A DNA stretch of 38,862 bases from Armatimonadota bacterium (lineage in GTDB: Bacteria; Armatimonadota; Fimbriimonadia; Fimbriimonadales; GBS-DC): NCBI GenBank assembly GCA_037444405.1, contig JBBIML010000026.1, forward strand, positions 1-38,862, written 5' to 3'. Within the stretch, counting starts at the first letter, position 1, and each line of letters begins with the position of its first letter. The position numbers were made by a program, and so were the translations under genes. Below the pieces are notes generated by a model that saw nothing but the letters and a program-made list of their open reading frames with translations, was not told the origin of the DNA and made no database searches. Below are positions 30,700 through 38,862 of the stretch, piece after piece.

Positions 30700-31914
30700 A
30701 TGCAGGTCAGAACCTATCTGGCACCGACGAAGCTGGAAGCGCTGCTGAAGATGCGCCAGGAGCTGGGACCGAACGCGGTGATCCTGAGCGAGCGAGTGGT
30801 TCATCGGGGCGGGCTGTTCCGCCGTAAGCCGATGGTGGAGATTGTGGCAGGTGTGGAGGAGGCGGAGCCGTCTGTTGAGGTCAGCGCGCCGCCCCAGCTA
30901 GGCAGGGGTCGCTCGCGCGGCGCTCGCACCGAATCGAGCAGCGAGCCATCGCCGCGCGCAGGCGGTGTGGAGCCGAAGGGTGTGGAGCAGTACGACCCGT
31001 TGCAGGGTCGGGTGCGCCAGCTGGAACGCGAGGTGCAGGAGATACGCTCGCTGGTGCAGGCGATGTACGCCCACATGATGGGTGAAGAGCCGCCACCCAC
31101 GCTCACCACGGCGGTGGCGAACATCGGCGATGAGCATCCGCTGTGGCGCCCGCTGCTCAAGGCGGGGGTGGAGCCAGAAATCGCCCGCGAGCTGCTGCGT
31201 CGTGTGCCACGCCTGCCCCAGAACGCCGCCGTCGACGCGCTCCAGCGCACACTGATTGCCCGAATCCCCATCGGCGGCGCGATCGCCCGCGACAGCCGCG
31301 CCCGCCAGATTATCGCGCTCGTCGGTCCCACCGGCGTCGGCAAGACCACCACGATTGCCAAGCTGGCAGCCATCCATGCGCTCGATTACAGCCGCGCGGT
31401 GGCGCTGCTCTCGCTGGACACCTATCGAATCGGCGCGATTGAGCAGCTGCGCACCTACGCGGGCATCATGAACCTGCCCCTGCATGTGGCGACCACCGCC
31501 GACGAAGCGCAGGAGGGACTGGAGCTGTTTCGGGACGCTGAACTGGTGCTGATCGACACGGTGGGGCGCAGCCAGCGCGACGAGGCACACCTGAACGCCC
31601 TGCACGCCGCGCTCGCGCCGCTGAACGCGCAGGTCTATCTGGTGCTGAGCGCCACTGCCGACACCGCCGTGCTGGAAGAATCGTTTATGCGCTTTCGAAT
31701 CTTTGACCCCGAAGCGCTGATATTGACCAAAGTGGACGAGGCGGTGCGGTTCGGCAACTGCGTCAATCTCTGCATGCGTCATCCGCTGCCGATTGCCTAC
31801 TTCACCACAGGTCAGCGCGTGCCCGAAGATATTCGCGTGGCGGACGCCCGCTGGCTGGCAGGCAAGCTGCTGGAGGGCGTGCCGCTGAACGCCGCCGAGT
31901 CCGCCACTCTGTAG
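30700..31914 (+). CDS. flhF: Flagellar biosynthesis SRP-family GTPase FlhF
   Basis: N-terminal ..EAL..MRQELG..AVIL, GPTGVGKTTTIAKLAA, DTYRIGAIEQL, TKVDE, TTGQRVPEDI. Confidence 0.95.
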   Translation: MQVRTYLAPTKLEALLKMRQELGPNAVILSERVVHRGGLFRRKPMVEIVAGVEEAEPSVEVSAPPQLGRGRSRGARTESSSEPSPRAGGVEPKGVEQYDPLQGRVRQLEREVQEIRSLVQAMYAHMMGEEPPPTLTTAVANIGDEHPLWRPLLKAGVEPEIARELLRRVPRLPQNAAVDALQRTLIARIPIGGAIARDSRARQIIALVGPTGVGKTTTIAKLAAIHALDYSRAVALLSLDTYRIGAIEQLRTYAGIMNLPLHVATTADEAQEGLELFRDAELVLIDTVGRSQRDEAHLNALHAALAPLNAQVYLVLSATADTAVLEESFMRFRIFDPEALILTKVDEAVRFGNCVNLCMRHPLPIAYFTTGQRVPEDIRVADARWLAGKLLEGVPLNAAESATL

Positions 31915-31943
31915 CGGGCTGCTATCGGGTAAGATTGGACTTT

Positions 31944-34274
31944 GTGGAGTGGGACGCGCACAGCCTGCAGGTACTGGAGCTGGAGTTCGTGCGGGGTGAG
32001 TGGGCGCGGCGGGCAGAGACCCCGCTGGGCAGCGGGCGTGCCCGCGAGCGACCGCTGAGCGACGATGCCGCTCAGGTGGCGCAGCGGCTCAAAGAGACGG
32101 ACGACGCCGTGCGCCTGCTGCAGCGCGAGCCGCCGCCCCCGATGCGCCTGCGTGAGGTGCGACCCGCCATCCACAAAGCTGCGCGCGGCGGACTGCTCGC
32201 ACCCGACGAACTGCTTTCACTGCTCACGCTGATGCAGACCGCCCGTCAATACAGAGCGCATCTGCTGCCCCGCGCCGAACGCTACCCCGCGCTGGCGGCT
32301 TACGCGCACCATCTGCACACCTTCAGCGCATTAGAGCGCGCCATCAGCGACTGCATCGCGCCATCGGGCGAGATACTGGACACCGCCAGCGAACGCCTCG
32401 CCCAGCTGCGACGCGACCAGCAACGCCTGCAAAAACGCATCACCGAACAGCTGCAGGAGCTAATCCACAAATGGCGCGACTGGCTGCAGGAGCCGCTCTA
32501 CACGCTGCGGGCGGGACGCTACTGCCTGCCTGTGCGCAGCGAGTTTCGTGGGCGCGTGCGCGGGCTGGTGCATGACACCAGCATGAGCGGCGCGACGCTC
32601 TTCGTGGAGCCAGAGCCAATCGTGGAGCTGGGCAACCGCCTGCGCGAACTGCAATCGCTGGAGCAGGAAGAAATCGAAGCCATTCTGAACGGGCTGTCCC
32701 GCGCGGTGGAGGCGCACGCAGATGCCCTGCTGCAGACCGCTGAGACACTGGGCGAGCTGGATGCGATTCTGGCGGCGGGGCGACTCGCGCTCGACTGGGA
32801 CTGCACCGCCCCGATAATCAACACCAGCGGCTACTGGCGACTGCGCGGCGCACGCCACCCGATGATCCCGCGCGAGCGAGTCGTGCCCATCGATCTCGAG
32901 CTGGGCGGCGCGTTCAGCGGTCTGCTCATCACAGGACCTAACACGGGCGGCAAGACCGTGACGCTCAAAACGGTGGGGCTGCTGACGCTGATGCCGCTGC
33001 TGGGCTTGCACCTGCCTGCCCGCGACGGCACGCACATCGCTATCCCGCGCGGCATCTACGCCGATATTGGCGACGAACAGAGCCTGCAACAGTCGCTGTC
33101 CACCTTTTCGGGGCATATGCGCCATATCGTGCGATTCTTAAAGGAATCGGGGGCGAACAGCCTGGTGCTGCTGGACGAGATTGGCGCGGGCACCGATCCG
33201 ACGGAGGGTGCTGCGCTCGCCCGCGCGATTCTGGTTAGTCTGCTGGAACGCGGCGCGCGCGTGCTGGCAACCACGCACTACGGCGAACTCAAAGCCTTCG
33301 CTTACGAACATCCCCAGCTGCAGAACGCCTCGATGGAGTTCGATCTGGAGACGCTGCAGCCCACCTATCGGCTGCGCATGGGCGTGCCGGGCGCCAGCCA
33401 CGCGATCGAAATCGCGCAACGGCTCGGCTTGCCCGAACCTGTGGTGCAGCTCGCGTTGCAATCGCTGGGCGCCCAGCAAATCGATATCATGCAGATGTTG
33501 CGCAAGATGGAGGCGGCGCAGCGCGCCGCCGAGCAGGCTGAAGCCGAATGGCACGCCCGCAACGAGCAGCTGAAACAGCTGGAGGGGCAACTCCAGCAGG
33601 AGCTGCGCGCCGCCGAGCAGGCGCGACGCACCGCCCGCGAACGCGCCCAGCAGGAGCTGGAAGCCCTGCTCAAACAGATTCGCGACGAAGCGGAACGGCT
33701 CTTCCAGCAACTGCGCCAGGCAAGCCGCGAGAGCAAGCAGACCGTTGCGATCCGCGAGCAATTGCAATCGCTCCAGCAGCACGCTCGCGAGCAGCTGCGG
33801 CTTGAACCCGCCGAGTCGCCCCCGGCGCCAGCCGAGCTGACGCCGGGCATGCAGGTGCGCGTGCGCTCACTGGGGCAGGTGGGCACGCTGGTCGAACTGC
33901 ACCCTGATGGCAGGGCGATGGTGTTCATCGGCAAGCTGCGCCTCCCGGTGGAGCGCGACGATCTGGAGCCGGTCGCTCCGCCGCCCGCACGCCCGCGCGT
34001 CCTGCCCAGACGCCCACGCCCACCGCAACCCGTGCCGCAGGAGCTGGTCATCCGCCAGATGCGCGTCGACGAAGCGCTGCCACTGCTGGAAAAGTATCTG
34101 GACGACGCCCTGCTCACCGGCTACGAGACCGTGCGTATCCTGCACGGGCGAGGCACAGGCGCCCTGCGCAAAGCCGTGCATGACTATCTGAGCCAGCATC
34201 CACAGGTCGCCTCCTTCCAGTTAGCCCCCCGCGAGCAGGGCGGCGAGGGCGTCACCATTGTGCGACTGCGCTAA
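31944..34274 (+). CDS. mutS2: Endonuclease MutS2
   Basis: ITGPNTGGKTV, DIGDEQS..QSLSTFSGHM, LLDEIGAGTDP, TTHY, C-terminal Smr domain (ILHGRGTGALR). Start is GTG 31944 or TTG 31935. Confidence 0.96.
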   Translation: MEWDAHSLQVLELEFVRGEWARRAETPLGSGRARERPLSDDAAQVAQRLKETDDAVRLLQREPPPPMRLREVRPAIHKAARGGLLAPDELLSLLTLMQTARQYRAHLLPRAERYPALAAYAHHLHTFSALERAISDCIAPSGEILDTASERLAQLRRDQQRLQKRITEQLQELIHKWRDWLQEPLYTLRAGRYCLPVRSEFRGRVRGLVHDTSMSGATLFVEPEPIVELGNRLRELQSLEQEEIEAILNGLSRAVEAHADALLQTAETLGELDAILAAGRLALDWDCTAPIINTSGYWRLRGARHPMIPRERVVPIDLELGGAFSGLLITGPNTGGKTVTLKTVGLLTLMPLLGLHLPARDGTHIAIPRGIYADIGDEQSLQQSLSTFSGHMRHIVRFLKESGANSLVLLDEIGAGTDPTEGAALARAILVSLLERGARVLATTHYGELKAFAYEHPQLQNASMEFDLETLQPTYRLRMGVPGASHAIEIAQRLGLPEPVVQLALQSLGAQQIDIMQMLRKMEAAQRAAEQAEAEWHARNEQLKQLEGQLQQELRAAEQARRTARERAQQELEALLKQIRDEAERLFQQLRQASRESKQTVAIREQLQSLQQHAREQLRLEPAESPPAPAELTPGMQVRVRSLGQVGTLVELHPDGRAMVFIGKLRLPVERDDLEPVAPPPARPRVLPRRPRPPQPVPQELVIRQMRVDEALPLLEKYLDDALLTGYETVRILHGRGTGALRKAVHDYLSQHPQVASFQLAPREQGGEGVTIVRLR

Positions 34275-34318
34275 AACCCCATTTGCGAGACTCGAAAAGA
34301 CGGAAACCGTCTTAAAAA

Positions 34319-34447
34319 GCAGGAAATCGTGGACAGCACGCGAAACGGTTTGGGGTACAATCCTGACCTATCGGCAAAGTGGCAGGAATAGCCGCGCCTT
34401 TGCCGAAACAGGTAATAGCAGGAGAGCGGACGCTCCTGCCGAAACAG
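34319..34447 (+). promoter_or_regulatory. Three tandem sigma-H-like motifs GCAGGA-N16-CGAAAC plus a sigma70-like -10 upstream of pilM
   Basis: AGGA/GAAA pairs at 34321/34342, 34384/34405 and 34420/34441, each with a 17-nt spacer; GGTACAAT at 34354-34361. Confidence 0.65.
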
Positions 34448-34461
34448 CGAGGAGAGAGCGA

Positions 34462-35790
34462 ATGGCGAAGCAACCGAGCGTAGCTGTAGGGATCGATATC
34501 GGCACGCGCTTTATCAAGGTGGCGGAGGTGCGGGCGGGCAAGCCGCCCGTGTTGCTGAATGTGGGGCTGGCACCCACGCCCGAAGGCGCGGTGGACGCGG
34601 GCGGCGTCATCGATAAAAACGCCGTCGCCGCCACCCTCAAACGCCTGCTGAGCGATTCGGGCATCAGCACCAAACAGGCGGTGTTCTCCCTGGCGGGGCA
34701 GAACGCCGTCGTGGTGCGCATCCTCGAAGTGCCCCGCATGAACCCCGTCGAACTGCGCAGCCACATGGACTGGGAGATTCAGCGCAACATTCCGTTTGCC
34801 GACACGCGCGTGCAGTCCGCCTATGAGATCATTCATCGCCCCGGCGAAGACCCACAGGACCCGAACATGGAGGTGGTGCTGGCGGTCGCCCAGCAGGATG
34901 CCGTCGACGGGCTGGTCGATATCGCCGATAAGGTGGGGCTGGAGCCGTACGCCATCGATGTGGAACCGCTGGCGCTGGGGCGCAGCCTCGTGTTGAGCCA
35001 GCCCGACATGCAACAGGGCGCGGTGGTGGTGATTAACTTAGGCGCGAGCGCGACCTCCATCGATATCTACGATCGGGGGCTTTTGAGCTTCCCGCGCGTG
35101 CTGCCTACCGGCGGCGATATGCTGACCCGCTCGATCGCCGAGCGATTGCTTGTGCCCGAATCGGAGGCGGAGCAGTTGAAGCTGCAGTTTGCGGAGGTGC
35201 TGATGGAGCAGGTGCCGATAGGAAGCCCGTTCGGGACGCCAGGCGGCTTCTACACGCCGACGCTGGGCGGCGTACCGACCATCCCACCTGCCACAGGCGG
35301 GATGCCGTTCGCCGGCAGCGAATCGGCGCCGATGCCCGGACTGGATAACCCGCCACAACCCGAACCTGAGAGCGACACGGGCGCTGCGCCCGATGTGCCG
35401 CCGTCGCCGTTCGAAACGCCCGCCGCCCCTGCACCCGAAGAAGGCGCGCTCCCCACACCCCAACCGGCGACCGACGCCCGCAAGGTGCAGGTTTTCCAGG
35501 CGATCTATCCCCTGCTGGAGGAGCTGATCAGCGAGATTCGGCGCTCGGTCGAATATTTCCGCAGCCGCCACTCCCAGATCGAGATTCAACACATCTTGCT
35601 CTGTGGCGGCGGCGCGGTCATTCCGAACCTCGACCAGTTCATCGCCACCTCCATCGGCATCCCGACCAGCGTCGCAAACCCGATTCGGGGCGTGCAGCTC
35701 AATGTGCGACGGCACGGACCCGAATATGTCGCCGCCCATGCCCATCAGCTCGCCGTCGCGATTGGCATGGCGTTGCACCCGTGCTTTTGA
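34462..35790 (+). CDS. pilM: Type IV pilus assembly protein PilM
   Basis: VGIDIG..IKVAEV, IDVEPLAL.R, EIRRSVEYF, ILLCGGG, LAVAIGMAL; contains a Pro-rich insertion. Confidence 0.93.
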   Translation: MAKQPSVAVGIDIGTRFIKVAEVRAGKPPVLLNVGLAPTPEGAVDAGGVIDKNAVAATLKRLLSDSGISTKQAVFSLAGQNAVVVRILEVPRMNPVELRSHMDWEIQRNIPFADTRVQSAYEIIHRPGEDPQDPNMEVVLAVAQQDAVDGLVDIADKVGLEPYAIDVEPLALGRSLVLSQPDMQQGAVVVINLGASATSIDIYDRGLLSFPRVLPTGGDMLTRSIAERLLVPESEAEQLKLQFAEVLMEQVPIGSPFGTPGGFYTPTLGGVPTIPPATGGMPFAGSESAPMPGLDNPPQPEPESDTGAAPDVPPSPFETPAAPAPEEGALPTPQPATDARKVQVFQAIYPLLEELISEIRRSVEYFRSRHSQIEIQHILLCGGGAVIPNLDQFIATSIGIPTSVANPIRGVQLNVRRHGPEYVAAHAHQLAVAIGMALHPCF

Positions 35791-35805
35791 GGAGGTTCGC
35801 TCAGC

Positions 35806-36639
35806 ATGAAACTGAACCTTGTTCCCGATTATGTTCGGCAGCGGAAGCTGAATAAACAGATTGTGGTGCTGCTGGTGCTGCTGTTCGTGGTGGTGAACGC
35901 GCTGATGGTGTTCTGGATGATCAACACGCAGAGCCGCCTCGCCCAGCTGCAGGAGGAGAAACAGCAGCTGGAGGTGCAGGCAGCGCAGGTCGATAGCCTC
36001 GTTCAGCAGGCACAGCAGTTGATCCAGAATGCCCAGATCACGCTGGCGAAATCAGAATGGGTCAAGATGGTGCAGCGGCACAACCTGCGTTATCCTGAAC
36101 TCTACAGCGAGGTGGCTCGCTACACCTCCCCGCGTGTGCGCTATACTCAATTGCAGGTGGCGCAGGGGAACCAGCTGCAAATCACGGCATTTGCGAAGGG
36201 ACCGAAGGAGATCGGACTGTATTTGCAGACGATGTACCGTTGCCCGCTCTTTACAGCGGTGAGCCTGACCACACAGACGCCTGGCTATGCGCCTGGCGGC
36301 GCGGGTCAGGCAGGTGCGTTGCCGGGTCTTGGCATCGGCGGCGGTGCGCCTGCTGGACCAACAATAGGCGGACTGACAGGAGCCGGCGGAGCGCCCCCTC
36401 CACCGGGCTTTGGTGCGCCGATGTCGCCAGCCACTGGTACAGCAGGTCAGGGTGGCTCACCTGCCGGGTTGATGCAGTTCCAGGTGGTCGCCATGCTTAA
36501 AGAGCCGATTATGCCCCTGCAGCCGCCCTCCCAGCTGGGTGCAGGAGCGCTTGGCTCGCCAACGGGTGGGATACCAGGTCCGATGGGCGCCCCAGCAGCG
36601 GCGCCGCCTCCTGGCATGCGCGGCGGAGTCGGCATCTGA
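35806..36639 (+). CDS. pilN: PilN-like protein
   Basis: N-terminal LNLVP (INLLP-like PilM-binding motif), TM helix, coiled coil; directly follows pilM. Confidence 0.75.
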   Translation: MKLNLVPDYVRQRKLNKQIVVLLVLLFVVVNALMVFWMINTQSRLAQLQEEKQQLEVQAAQVDSLVQQAQQLIQNAQITLAKSEWVKMVQRHNLRYPELYSEVARYTSPRVRYTQLQVAQGNQLQITAFAKGPKEIGLYLQTMYRCPLFTAVSLTTQTPGYAPGGAGQAGALPGLGIGGGAPAGPTIGGLTGAGGAPPPPGFGAPMSPATGTAGQGGSPAGLMQFQVVAMLKEPIMPLQPPSQLGAGALGSPTGGIPGPMGAPAAAPPPGMRGGVGI

Positions 36640-36651
36640 AGAGGTCCAACC

Positions 36652-37401
36652 ATGAAAGGCTTAACACTTTTCGCGCGGATATCGATTGGGCTGGTCGCCA
36701 CGATAGTGGTCGCTGCCGCCATCTATCTGCTGGGCATTCGCCCCACGGCGCAGAACATTGCCTATCACGAAACTTATAACGAGAGCCTGCAGGAGAAGGT
36801 GGCGATGATCCCGGAGGCGCAGCAGCTGGTGGAACAAGCCCAGCGCAAGGTCAAAGAGTCGGAAGCGGCGCTGCAGGTGATCTACCAGCGGCGCATGCCC
36901 AAAAGCACGATCAGCCTCGCCGATCGCCTGCAGGCGTGGGTGCAATGGCACGAGATGGTGCGCGAGATCGGCAAGAAGCTGGAGGCGTGGCCCGAAAAGA
37001 CGGGCGTGCAACGCCTCTACGCTGTCCAGCTGCCTGGTCCGCCGACCGATCCGAACCAGATACCGGAGCTGGTGCTGGTGTTCCCGATTGGCACGGTACA
37101 GGTGCGCGCATCGTCCTTTGAAGGGTTGCTGCGCCATGTGCGCCAGTGGAACAATGTGCCGAACCTGCTGGTGCTGGTGGATGGGCTGGCGATTCAGGGT
37201 ACCAGCCCGAACCTGATCGGGAGCTACACGCTGACCGTGTTCGTCTACCCGAAAGGTCCCGCTGGCTCGCCCGTGCCATCGGGCAGCGGCGGCGGTGCTG
37301 GCGGCGGAATGCCCGGCGGGTTTGGCGGTCCGCCAGCGCCTGGCGGGTTCGGTGGGTTTGGTCCCTCTGGTAGTGGTCGCCCGCCTGGACCGGGCATCTG
37401 A
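36652..37401 (+). CDS. pilO: PilO-like protein
   Basis: N-terminal TM helix, coiled coil, ..SFEGLLRHV....N...LVLVD.L.I pattern; operon position. Confidence 0.65.
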   Translation: MKGLTLFARISIGLVATIVVAAAIYLLGIRPTAQNIAYHETYNESLQEKVAMIPEAQQLVEQAQRKVKESEAALQVIYQRRMPKSTISLADRLQAWVQWHEMVREIGKKLEAWPEKTGVQRLYAVQLPGPPTDPNQIPELVLVFPIGTVQVRASSFEGLLRHVRQWNNVPNLLVLVDGLAIQGTSPNLIGSYTLTVFVYPKGPAGSPVPSGSGGGAGGGMPGGFGGPPAPGGFGGFGPSGSGRPPGPGI

Positions 37402-37447
37402 GCGAGCTATTCGGCATGGTAAAATACAGTAGTGGGAGTGAGACAGG

Positions 37448-38161
37448 ATGAAGAAAGAAACGCAGATAGCGTTAGCGGTGGCGGTAATATTGCTGGTGGT
37501 GATTGCGATCGCCGCCATCTTCCTGTTGACGGGTGGCGGTGGTGGCGAATCGCCGCCGCCTGCGCAGCCTCCCATCGCGACACCCCCGCCGCAACCGCCC
37601 GGTGCGGCGCCACCCTCGTTCCAGCCGTCGACGACGGCGATGGCTCCGGCGCAGCCAACGACGCCCCAGCCGTCCTTCCGCCCACGCAAAGACCCCTTCG
37701 CACTGCTGCCGGAAGAGGTCGAAGCGATGCAGGCGGACGCCTTCAACCGGGCACCGTTCGTGCTGGTCGCCAGCCCGCCCAAGCCGCCCAGAATCGAACT
37801 CCCTGAACCTTACGAACCCCAGCCGAAGCGGCGGGTGGCAGGGCTGATCTTTGGGCAAACGATCTCGGCAATCCTCGAACAGGAGGGCGAACTGCCGCAG
37901 ATTGTCTATCCTGGCGACCGGGTCGGCGAATTTCAGGTGGCTGCCATCACGCGGGAAGGAGTTATCCTGCGGCGGTCGAAAGGGAATCCGCGTGAGGTGC
38001 GGGTACCCTATGAGCCGCCGGGTGTGGCAACCACTGGCGGTGCTGGCGGCGCAGGAGGTGGCGGCGGTGCAGGGGCGCCCGGCATGCCTGGCGCGCCACC
38101 GGGCATCGGAACACCGAGCGGCGGGCGCGGACCACGCGGTGGCGGCGCACCCGGAATCTGA
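37448..38161 (+). CDS. PilP/GspC-like protein
   Basis: TM helix, Pro-rich linker, RKDPF motif, beta domain ..AILE...IVYPGDRVG.F.V..I...GVIL. Confidence 0.6.
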   Translation: MKKETQIALAVAVILLVVIAIAAIFLLTGGGGGESPPPAQPPIATPPPQPPGAAPPSFQPSTTAMAPAQPTTPQPSFRPRKDPFALLPEEVEAMQADAFNRAPFVLVASPPKPPRIELPEPYEPQPKRRVAGLIFGQTISAILEQEGELPQIVYPGDRVGEFQVAAITREGVILRRSKGNPREVRVPYEPPGVATTGGAGGAGGGGGAGAPGMPGAPPGIGTPSGGRGPRGGGAPGI

Positions 38162-38209
38162 GAAACGAAAGCGCGACGGGCGCGTATACCTTAACGGAGG
38201 TTGACGAAA

Positions 38210-38821
38210 ATGGCACGCAAACTGATAGGGCTGATTGTCGGAGGGCTGCTGCTGAGCGCAGCCATTACGCTGGCGCAGGAGGGCGGTGGACAGCCCGACC
38301 TGTCGCAAAAGCGCGTCACGGTCAAATATGACCAGGCGGACATCCGCTATGTGCTGAAGCAGCTGTTCGAGAGCGTCAACGCCAACTACTCGATCGACCC
38401 GCAGGTGCAGGGCACGGTGACCGTCTCGCTGACCGATGTGCCGTTCGAAGTGGCGCTGAACACCATCTTGCGCCAGCTCGATCTCACCTATCGCATCGAG
38501 AGCGGCGTCTACTATGTCACTGTGCGCAAGCCCGAAGAAGCTCCGACCACCACTGCCCCTGTACCCCCAGAAGAGGCTGCGCCCCAGCTGAACCTGCCTG
38601 AGAAGATTCAACTGATGACCGCCAATCCTTTGATGATTGCCACCCTGCTGGGCGGGAATGTAATCTCCTACGCCCAGTATGAGATGGCGACTGGTGGTCT
38701 GGGTGGCTTTGGCGGTTATGGTGGCTTTGGCGGCTTCGGCGGTTTTGGCGGCTTCGGCGGTGGACTGGGCGGCGGGGGCTTCCGCGGCGGCGGGGGCTTC
38801 GGCGGCGGCTTCGGACGCTGA
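38210..38821 (+). CDS. Secretin/TonB N-terminal (STN/N0-like) domain protein with a (GGF)n tail and no secretin core
   Basis: Signal peptide; VTV....ADIRYVLKQLF......Y.IDP.VQGTVTVSL.DVPFE.AL..IL; stop at 38819-38821 after the Gly/Phe repeats. Confidence 0.8.
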   Translation: MARKLIGLIVGGLLLSAAITLAQEGGGQPDLSQKRVTVKYDQADIRYVLKQLFESVNANYSIDPQVQGTVTVSLTDVPFEVALNTILRQLDLTYRIESGVYYVTVRKPEEAPTTTAPVPPEEAAPQLNLPEKIQLMTANPLMIATLLGGNVISYAQYEMATGGLGGFGGYGGFGGFGGFGGFGGGLGGGGFRGGGGFGGGFGR

Positions 38822-38862
38822 CCGAAACCATGCCCGACCGCATGATTTGAGGGGCTGAGCCG

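Noticed and set aside
38690..38816. 9-bp-period GGC/GGT/TTC repeats as a DNA repeat element
   Set aside because: Synonymous codon variation shows the repeat is maintained at the protein level (GGF).

Overview
High-GC bacterial chromosomal segment, probably from a thermophilic Armatimonadota/Fimbriimonadales-like organism. That assignment is an inference from the GDVxxxGCVDDADLLxVLFNFG dockerin-like motif and is not verified. The window starts inside a CRISPR array (30-bp repeat, transcribed on the minus strand, leader at 163-469); no cas genes are in view. Housekeeping and core genes: pyrR, a GT-C glycosyltransferase, ileS, an NTP transferase, a Gfo/Idh/MocA oxidoreductase, xerD, an LptF/G permease, lepA, two FHA membrane proteins, two ABC-2 permeases, a cupredoxin, flhF, mutS2 and a pilM-N-O-(P)-STN operon. 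Two lower-GC accessory modules: (i) a HEAT-repeat DNA methyltransferase plus CfrBI-family endonuclease cassette, bounded by 16-bp imperfect inverted repeats and carrying a solitary degenerate copy of the host CRISPR repeat; (ii) a small ORF, a SigH-like sigma factor, a giant secreted WD40-dockerin-NlpC/P60 protein and two paralogous candidate immunity genes. Other signals read from the sequence: GTAG-type REP palindromes, including one in frame inside a gene; a recurring AGGA-N17-GAA sigma-H-like motif (three copies before pilM); GG-TANNNT -10 boxes with probable leaderless starts; strong depletion of GGCC and CCWWGG; and a shared -GI C-terminus on three pilus proteins. All motif counts are by eye and no database searches were run.
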